Shown here: in pieces, positions 57,979 through 64,000 of the stretch
Position numbering within the stretch: the stretch's first letter is position 1
How the letters are laid out: each line of letters opens with the position of its first letter
DNA from: an uncultured virus (IMG/VR IMGVR_UViG_3300042566_001492)
Taxonomy: Duplodnaviria > Heunggongvirae > Uroviricota > Caudoviricetes
DNA: 64,000 nucleotides
Direction: 5' to 3' (one strand)
IMG/VR virus record: IMGVR_UViG_3300042566_001492
Position numbers and translations under genes: made by a program
Notes under the pieces: model-generated
What the model was told of the DNA's origin: nothing
Databases searched by the model: none
What the model saw: only the letters and a program-made list of their open reading frames with translations

Positions 57979-58639
57979 TTAGTAAACTACTTATTTTTTT
58001 CTCTCTAATTTTACCTAAGCTTCTAACAACAATCTTAACCGATTTATAATCACAGTGATAAAATCTATACTTTACTATATGTTTATTTATTTCATAATCT
58101 TGTATAATCTCATATGTCATATTTTGTAATGACCAGACTAAACTTTGTATTGGATTATCTGTTAAAAAAATCTCATATTCATCTATACTGTCTTTAATAA
58201 TAGGACTAAAGTAAGCAGAAACATCACTACCATAAGAAGATAACTTAATGCGCTGATTGAAATAACTCGGTAAAAAGTAACTTCCAAATTCTCCTTCTGA
58301 ATGATTTGATATATTTAAATTTAAATTAGAATTATTTGAGTAGAATAAATATTTTGAATTAACATTCATATCAAGTAATTGATAAATATCCTTCAGATTA
58401 TTAGAGGCTATTGAAAACTCCTCTGACTTCTCCATCATCTCACTCAGTGAATCATTATAAATATCCAATAAAACATCTCTCATTAAGTCAGGCGAAAATG
58501 AATTATGTTTAACATTCATAGTCATTGTTCTTTCTTCAGAAGATATAACATCACCAGAATATAAAAAACTTATATTTTGTAATAGATCTTCTAAAGTTTT
58601 TTTATAATCGGAAAAGTCATAGTTTTTTATTAAAGACAT
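57968..58639 (-). CDS. Hypothetical protein with C-terminal IREKKISSLL motif
   Basis: 223 aa ORF. Confidence 0.6.
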   Translation of the reverse strand: MSLIKNYDFSDYKKTLEDLLQNISFLYSGDVISSEERTMTMNVKHNSFSPDLMRDVLLDIYNDSLSEMMEKSEEFSIASNNLKDIYQLLDMNVNSKYLFYSNNSNLNLNISNHSEGEFGSYFLPSYFNQRIKLSSYGSDVSAYFSPIIKDSIDEYEIFLTDNPIQSLVWSLQNMTYEIIQDYEINKHIVKYRFYHCDYKSVKIVVRSLGKIREKKISSLLNDN

Positions 58640-58683
58640 AAAGTTTTTATTGTATTTTATAATATAAGTTTAATATATATGAT

Positions 58684-59265
58684 ATGAAGATTAAATTATA
58701 CGAAGAGTTTAATTATGAAAAAGCGTCTTTTGATGAACTTAGAAATAATCTAGTTGAACACGGTATACCAGTTGAAAGCTGGGGAACAGGTCAGTCAAAA
58801 ACTCTTAAACATTTATATAATGAAATTGAGAGTGGTGAATGCTCATTATCGGATGAGGGAGAGTACTTAACAAGATATATTGAATTTGTCGCAATAAAGG
58901 TTTATTACAGAAAAGAAGAAGATTTATACTTTCTGAGAGAAGACAGACAGGAATTTAATGATGGAAGAATAAGAAAAAGAAACATGCCATCTTCGGTTTC
59001 TGAAAAAATGAAATCAGGTGAGGATCCTTTAGTATCAGCAATCAGAGGAATAGAAGAGGAATTAGGATTTAGAGTAGAATCATCTCAATTAAGTAAAAGG
59101 AAAGATATTGTTTATAATGGAAGTTCGGTTTCCTATCCTGGCTTAACAGCAAAATATAAAGGTCATCAATATATTTGTTATATAACCGACGAACAGTTTA
59201 GTGACAGTGGATACATAGAAGTTCAAAAAGATAAAAAAACCTTTTTTAATTGGACTAAAATCTAA
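58684..59265 (+). CDS. Nudix-like hydrolase
   Basis: Degenerate Nudix box EKMKSGEDPLVSAIRGIEEELG; N-term MKIKLYEEF. Confidence 0.6.
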   Translation: MKIKLYEEFNYEKASFDELRNNLVEHGIPVESWGTGQSKTLKHLYNEIESGECSLSDEGEYLTRYIEFVAIKVYYRKEEDLYFLREDRQEFNDGRIRKRNMPSSVSEKMKSGEDPLVSAIRGIEEELGFRVESSQLSKRKDIVYNGSSVSYPGLTAKYKGHQYICYITDEQFSDSGYIEVQKDKKTFFNWTKI

Positions 59266-59978
59266 ACCTTTTTAGAATAATCTTTTGTAAATTTATAACC
59301 GATACCAATAGTGAGGTTATGTAAAATCTTAACATTACTAAGACTATTGTAGTTTAGAATGTCGGATATTATAAAGTTAAACTTTTTCTGTGGTAAAAAA
59401 CTTATTTTAGTTGTTCCAAATATAATAACGTCTGAAATTTCATTAAAACTCGGTTGATAATAATACTCACTATTTAGTAGAAATAATTTATGAGAATATT
59501 TAACTTTGAATCTAACAGAATGTCTCAATGTATTTTTAGTATCTAATAAAACATAATCTACATTCTGATAAAGTAGAGCATATGATAAAGATATTTTACC
59601 AGACTCAAAAACTTTTTTTACTCCTAAACCAACACCAAACCAATTGTCAGCATTAATCTTTCTAATATGTGAATAGTTGTATTGATGGTTAACAAAAAAA
59701 TCAAAATTCTTAACAGATCTTGAAATATTAATTCTATTAGAAAATTCATTTTCACTCAACTTTGGGTTAAATCGTAAAGAATACACCGTACCAAGTTCCA
59801 AAGCATTTTGTTTATATTCAAATTTATTTAGTCCGAAAAATTGTAAGGAAGCTTGAGTATTTTGATTGTTTGATAATATTCCTGTTAAGTTATTATCTAA
59901 ATTTAAGATTTGTCCGGTCAACAATTTAGTAACTAATAGACAAAAAAATAGTAGTGACCACTTTGTCATTTTTTTCAT
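59262..59978 (-). CDS. Outer-membrane beta-barrel protein (DUF481-like)
   Basis: N-terminal signal peptide, alternating amphipathic strands, YYYQP, C-terminal strand LTIGIGYKF. Confidence 0.65.
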   Translation of the reverse strand: MKKMTKWSLLFFCLLVTKLLTGQILNLDNNLTGILSNNQNTQASLQFFGLNKFEYKQNALELGTVYSLRFNPKLSENEFSNRINISRSVKNFDFFVNHQYNYSHIRKINADNWFGVGLGVKKVFESGKISLSYALLYQNVDYVLLDTKNTLRHSVRFKVKYSHKLFLLNSEYYYQPSFNEISDVIIFGTTKISFLPQKKFNFIISDILNYNSLSNVKILHNLTIGIGYKFTKDYSKKV

Positions 59979-60015
59979 TTTTTATTTTATATATAAACAA
60001 AAAATTCAGAAAAAC

Positions 60016-60159
60016 ATGGCAAAGAAAACCACCACTACTACATCAAACTATTTGGAGAAATCAAGAGTCAAAAGAACTGGAACACACTCTAAGAAAAAGA
60101 CCTCAAAACTAAAAAGTTCTAAAAACTATAAAAAGGTTTATAGAGGTCAAGGTCGTTAA
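60016..60159 (+). CDS. Very basic 47-aa peptide ending YRGQGR
   Basis: ATG 60016, 20 nt after TTTATATA; MAKKTTTTTSNYLEKSRVKRTGTHSKKKTSKLKSSKNYKKVYRGQGR. Confidence 0.65.
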   Translation: MAKKTTTTTSNYLEKSRVKRTGTHSKKKTSKLKSSKNYKKVYRGQGR

Positions 60160-60575
60160 TCTTGAATTGAAACTACTTCAATATCAAAGACTAACTCTTT
60201 CCCAGCTAGTGGATGATTCCCATTGATTACACAATGGTCCTCATTTACTTCTTGAACAACTACTTGTGTGCTTCTTCCATCATCGGAAGTAGCTTCAAGT
60301 ATTTGACCTACTTGAACTTGTCCCGGAAGTTTGTCATTAGGAATTTTTACGAAAAGGTCTTCCTTTTCGACACCATACGCTTCTTCCGGCGAAATTGTTA
60401 CGGTAACTTTATCACCGACATTTTTACCAATAACAGCGCTTTCAAAACCTGGGATAATTTGACCGGAACCAATTTGAAATCTTAAAGGATCACGACCTTC
60501 TGAAGAATCGAAAACACTCCCATCAGTTAATTTGCCTGTGTAATGAACATCGATTACGTTACCATTTTGAATCAT
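60156..60575 (-). CDS. FKBP-type peptidyl-prolyl isomerase (SlyD/SlpA-like)
   Basis: VHYTGKL.DG.VFDSS.GR.PL.F..G.GQIIPGFE, PEEAYG, NHPLAGKEL.F. Confidence 0.93.
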   Translation of the reverse strand: MIQNGNVIDVHYTGKLTDGSVFDSSEGRDPLRFQIGSGQIIPGFESAVIGKNVGDKVTVTISPEEAYGVEKEDLFVKIPNDKLPGQVQVGQILEATSDDGRSTQVVVQEVNEDHCVINGNHPLAGKELVFDIEVVSIQD

Positions 60576-60619
60576 AATAATAATTTTTTTCTTATTATAT
60601 GACTAGATAATAAAATTGT

Positions 60620-61594
60620 TTAATCTTTTTTTATAACTTCTATAAAATCAATAATAGAGTCCACTGGATTACTCCAATTGTAATCTATTTTTTTATACTG
60701 AAATATCCACTTATAAATGTTGTGTTGATTAAGATCCTCTGTAAATACACCAATATCTTTCAGTGAAATAGCATTTAGTTGTTGTTCAGCGTGAAATTTT
60801 AATGGAATTGACCATAATTTTTTTCCTAATATCAAAGCCTCAGATGTCGTTGAAAATCCTGAAGCAGTTATAACTCCTTCACAATTTATTAAATCGTTCT
60901 GAAACTTTTCTCTATTTATTTTATTCACTGTAATATTTTTTACACACATATCATTCTTGATTTCATCTGAATATATCACCCAATTGATATGTTTGTATTG
61001 TAAAATTGAATCTAGAATGGTAGTCAATTTAATTGATGGTAGATATATTAAAAAAAATTTATTATTTTTAGGATTAGCTTCTATAAATTTACTGGATATT
61101 ATAGGTTGATAACTAATACCACTTTTAGTTTGTATATAATCAAGAGAAATATATCTTTTACAAGGTGTAAATATTTTACTAAAAAAACTTAAAAATCTAT
61201 ATTTTAATTTAGTTTTCTTAGTAGAGAATATCGAATATTGATTAGATATTCCAATTGAACGCACTTTACATCTTTTAGCAGCCCAACAACTTATTGGTTC
61301 AAAGTCCGAGATAACTAAATCATACTCCGAAACATCTAATTTGGTGTCTTTGTAAAATTGATAAAGTTTTATCTTTTTTAATGTTTTAACCCAATCTACT
61401 TCACCAAATTTATTATAAAAAATTGATATTCCGTGAAATTTATATTTCACATCAAATGGAATATTTACAGAATAATTATTACCCGAAACTAAAATATCAA
61501 CTTCAAATCCACGTTTTTTTAACTGTGAAATTAATTCAATTGACCTAGTTAAGTGTCCATTGCCTGTAAGTTGTATACCATAAAGTATTTTCAT
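60620..61594 (-). CDS. GT-B glycosyltransferase (MJ1255/GT28-like)
   Basis: MKILYGIQLTGNGHLTR, DLVISDFEP, ITASGF...SEAL.LGK.L...P...H.EQ..NA. Confidence 0.85.
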   Translation of the reverse strand: MKILYGIQLTGNGHLTRSIELISQLKKRGFEVDILVSGNNYSVNIPFDVKYKFHGISIFYNKFGEVDWVKTLKKIKLYQFYKDTKLDVSEYDLVISDFEPISCWAAKRCKVRSIGISNQYSIFSTKKTKLKYRFLSFFSKIFTPCKRYISLDYIQTKSGISYQPIISSKFIEANPKNNKFFLIYLPSIKLTTILDSILQYKHINWVIYSDEIKNDMCVKNITVNKINREKFQNDLINCEGVITASGFSTTSEALILGKKLWSIPLKFHAEQQLNAISLKDIGVFTEDLNQHNIYKWIFQYKKIDYNWSNPVDSIIDFIEVIKKD

Positions 61595-61612
61595 GAATTA
61601 TATATTCAATAA

Positions 61613-61640
61613 AAAAGGCCTGATTTTTACCAGGCCTTTT
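61613..61640 (-). terminator. Intrinsic terminator
   Basis: aaaaggcctg-atttttac-caggcctttt. Confidence 0.7.
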
Positions 61641-61641
61641 G

Positions 61642-61983
61642 TTAGTAATTTGTTGTTGTGTGTCTTACTTCAAAGCCACCAGTTCTTCTGTATTCTTCAT
61701 TTTCCTCACCAATATCAAACCAAGATTCTTCTCCATCCCAAGCTGAATTATACCACTCTTCCCATTCAACATTATCATGAAATTTATCCAATTCACTGAA
61801 TGTTTCTTCATCTAATTCCTCGTAAATATCATCTATGTATAACTCACTGATATAGTTTACAAACTCTTCTTCTGAATCACCCTCATATGGAATTGATAAA
61901 TTTCTAAATTTTTCAGGATCCAAAACCGCAGTTTTTGTTTTACTCGTAACCGAATAGGTTTGACATTTTCTAATTTGATACAT
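61642..61983 (-). CDS. Acidic small protein
   Basis: 113 aa, D/E- and aromatic-rich. Confidence 0.6.
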   Translation of the reverse strand: MYQIRKCQTYSVTSKTKTAVLDPEKFRNLSIPYEGDSEEEFVNYISELYIDDIYEELDEETFSELDKFHDNVEWEEWYNSAWDGEESWFDIGEENEEYRRTGGFEVRHTTTNY

Positions 61984-61998
61984 ATTATTATATTTTAA

Positions 61999-62202
61999 TT
62001 ATTCTTCATCTTCTATCTCGAAGTCATACATATCCTCATCCTTAATCTTATCCCACTCAAGATCTTGGTTACCTTGGTAGTCTACTTCTTCAAAGAATCT
62101 ATCTTGATCTTCCTCGAATAAAGCAGCTTCTTCATCCGTTAATTCTGCCGAATACTTACAAATTGTTGTGTAAGATTCAAACCATACTAATTTTTTTGCC
62201 AT
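61999..62202 (-). CDS. Acidic small protein
   Basis: 67 aa, D/E- and aromatic-rich. Confidence 0.6.
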   Translation of the reverse strand: MAKKLVWFESYTTICKYSAELTDEEAALFEEDQDRFFEEVDYQGNQDLEWDKIKDEDMYDFEIEDEE

Positions 62203-62257
62203 AATGTTAAATTTTAAAAGTTATAAAAAGTATATTTAAGAAATATAAAAAGTTTGA

Positions 62258-62821
62258 CTACTTATTAGAAAATTTCATAGGATAGTTATGATGAACTTTT
62301 CCTTTACTTATTTTATCTAATTTAGATTGTAGTAACTTTCGTCTTAAAGGAGCAACTTTATCAATCCACATAACTCCTTCTAAATGGTCATATTCGTGTT
62401 GTAATATCCGAGCTTTTATCCCAGTAAATTCTTCTTCATGTAAATTCCACTCTTCATCAAACCAAGTCATAATAATTTTTGACGGTCTGGTAATTTCTTC
62501 AGAAACACGGGGAAGTGATAAACAACCTTCTCTGAAAGTAAAGTCTTCGCCAAATTCTTCCTCAATTATTGGATTTATAAATACTCTCTTAAATTCTTCT
62601 AATCCTTCTTCTAGAAAATCAGAAGACATTTCTTTAGAATTTATAACTATTAATCTTATACTTTTTCCGATTTGAGGAGCGGCTAGTCCAATACCACCAG
62701 CTTTCTCCATCGTCTCAAACATATCTTTAATTAGATTGTCTAATTCCGGATAATCTTTATCAATCTCTTCTGATTCTTTTCTAAGAATCGAATTTCCATA
62801 AGCGTATACAGGTAAAATCAT
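62258..62821 (-). CDS. def: Peptide deformylase
   Basis: GIGLAAPQIG, EGCLS, QHEYDHLEG. Confidence 0.96.
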   Translation of the reverse strand: MILPVYAYGNSILRKESEEIDKDYPELDNLIKDMFETMEKAGGIGLAAPQIGKSIRLIVINSKEMSSDFLEEGLEEFKRVFINPIIEEEFGEDFTFREGCLSLPRVSEEITRPSKIIMTWFDEEWNLHEEEFTGIKARILQHEYDHLEGVMWIDKVAPLRRKLLQSKLDKISKGKVHHNYPMKFSNK

Positions 62822-62969
62822 ATCTATTATAACACAAAAATAAAAAAAGTTAAGTCTTCAATAAAAAATCCATAAAATATTTAAAACAAAGGATTTCAAT
62901 TTTCATATATACACTTAGTGTAAAAAATATTGGTTCAGATTAATCTCTGTATCAAAAAAAAAATTTCCT

Positions 62970-63806
62970 ATGAGAAACACTAAAACCTATCATGAGCTCG
63001 TACAAAAGATGCGAGCATTTTTTTTGCAAAAAGGCTTCGTTGAAGTCCCAACACAATCTAGATTATCAATCTTAGCAGCGTGTGAAAATCCTCACTCAAT
63101 TACCACATTCAACTACAGTGGTGAAGTTTGGCCCCTACCACAAACCGGTCAAATGTGGCTAGAACATGAATTACTTATGAATCCAGAATGGCCTGGATGC
63201 TTTTGTATTTCAACATCTTACAGACAAGAAAAAGATCCAATTCCTGGAAGACACGAATTAATTTTCCCAATGTTTGAGTTTGAATCTAAAGGTGGTATGA
63301 AAGAACTACTTAAATTAGAATCAGAACTTTTAGAACATTTAGGATTCGACCAACCAGTTGAAGTAAATTACGATGAAGTTTGTCAAGAGTACGGTGGAGT
63401 TCCAATTTTAGAAAATGAACACGAACAAAAAATGTGGAATGAAAAAGGATCTGTTATTTCACTTCAGAACTTTCCAAGAAGAACCAATCCATTCTGGAAT
63501 ATGCAACACAACAACAATGGCATCTTCAATAAAGTAGATGTTATTCTTTATGGACAAGAAACCATTGGTTCTGCTGAAAGAAGTTGCGATGTTGAGAAAA
63601 TGAAAGAGATGTTCTACACAATCGAAGACGGTAAATACTGTGCTAAATTGTTTGAGTTGTTTAGTAAAGAAAGAGTAGAAGCAGAACTTGAAACATTCTT
63701 ACAATATGAATTCTTTCCAAGATTCGGAGGTGGAATTGGTATGACAAGATTGGCTCGAGCATATGAAATGATGAAAAGTGAAAAAGAAGTTGAAGAACTG
63801 GCTTAA
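62970..63806 (+). CDS. Class IIb aminoacyl-tRNA synthetase paralogue, catalytic domain only (AsnRS-derived asparagine synthetase-like)
   Basis: Motif 1 FFLQKGFVEVPT, motif 2 SYRQE...RH...F.MFEFE, motif 3 PRFGGGIGMTRL; 278 aa, no anticodon-binding OB fold. Confidence 0.8.
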   Translation: MRNTKTYHELVQKMRAFFLQKGFVEVPTQSRLSILAACENPHSITTFNYSGEVWPLPQTGQMWLEHELLMNPEWPGCFCISTSYRQEKDPIPGRHELIFPMFEFESKGGMKELLKLESELLEHLGFDQPVEVNYDEVCQEYGGVPILENEHEQKMWNEKGSVISLQNFPRRTNPFWNMQHNNNGIFNKVDVILYGQETIGSAERSCDVEKMKEMFYTIEDGKYCAKLFELFSKERVEAELETFLQYEFFPRFGGGIGMTRLARAYEMMKSEKEVEELA

Positions 63807-63813
63807 ATATTAG

Positions 63814-63839
63814 AAGGGAGAGTAAAATCTCCCTTTTTT
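63814..63839 (+). terminator. Intrinsic terminator
   Basis: aagggaga-gtaaaa-tctccctttttt. Confidence 0.75.
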
Positions 63840-63890
63840 ATTTTAAAACATTTACAATTTTAATAATAGAAGACTAAAATAATATCTTAA

Positions 63891-64000
63891 GTGGTGATAG
63901 TAATAGATGGTGTCGTAGGTGCAGGAAAATCTACATTAGCTCAAAAAGTAAGTAATAAATTGGGAATTCCAATTTATGAAGAACTACAAAATCAAACAAC
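63891..64000 (+). CDS. Deoxynucleoside/nucleotide kinase (partial, runs off the window end)
   Basis: Not in ORF track; GTG start, VIVIDGVVGAGKSTLAQKVSNKLG...YEE P-loop typical of the dNK family. Confidence 0.7.
   Translation, partial: MVIVIDGVVGAGKSTLAQKVSNKLGIPIYEELQNQT

Noticed and set aside
12055..61799. Short antisense or nested ORFs in the track (e.g. 12055, 18299, 20274, 24312, 26570, 38542, 41096, 43017, 45399, 55393, 60213)
   Set aside because: Overlap well-supported genes and show no motifs or start context
36175..63806. Window is bacterial chromosome because of clpP, def, PPIase, infC, ppk2
   Set aside because: These genes are interleaved with T4-like primase, UvsW, polymerase and baseplate genes and share the same upstream motifs
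1..64000. Stop-codon reassignment as in some Bacteroidota jumbo phages
   Set aside because: Genes are full length in code 11; TAG ends ppk2 and the polymerase subunit at natural C-termini, and TGA ends other genes in ATGA overlaps
1..64000. tRNA, rRNA or large ncRNA genes
   Set aside because: Intergenic gaps are short and AT-rich; no cloverleaf or T-loop signature seen by eye

Overview
AT-rich 64 kb segment of a very large (jumbo) tailed phage of the broad T4-like myovirus type, standard genetic code, probably infecting a Bacteroidota host (inferred from Bacteroidota-style lipoproteins and host-like ClpP, SlyD, deformylase, IF3 and glycosyltransferase genes). No tRNA, rRNA, CRISPR array or transposase was seen. 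1-15.2 kb (- strand): two giant (Ser-Gly-Thr/Ser)n fibre-like proteins plus further virion-like proteins. 15-39 kb: replication genes (clamp-like protein, C-terminal half of a split family-B polymerase, primase, UvsW, UvsY) mixed with IF3, PPK2, ClpP, an L,D-transpeptidase-fold lysin candidate and many small genes. 39-54 kb: baseplate cluster carrying four different peptidoglycan-directed domains. 54-64 kb: amidoligase, DHH, Nudix-like protein, outer-membrane beta-barrel, SlyD, glycosyltransferase, deformylase, a catalytic-only class II aaRS paralogue and a deoxynucleoside kinase. The most interesting signals cut across genes: (1) about 15 unrelated proteins share an N-terminal peptide resembling the T4 capsid-targeting sequence; (2) an AATATATA element sits either 4-5 nt or about 17-24 nt before start codons, suggesting many leaderless late mRNAs in a phage encoding its own IF3; (3) a second AAAC-N16-NATAT element precedes replication/metabolic genes; (4) about 7 small proteins share an R-[DEN]-x-K-I-x-x-[IL]-[LF] tag, mostly near the C-terminus; (5) two cell-wall hydrolases share a DDEYxEGxFTGAEE motif before different catalytic domains. 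All calls were made by eye from motifs; no searches were run.
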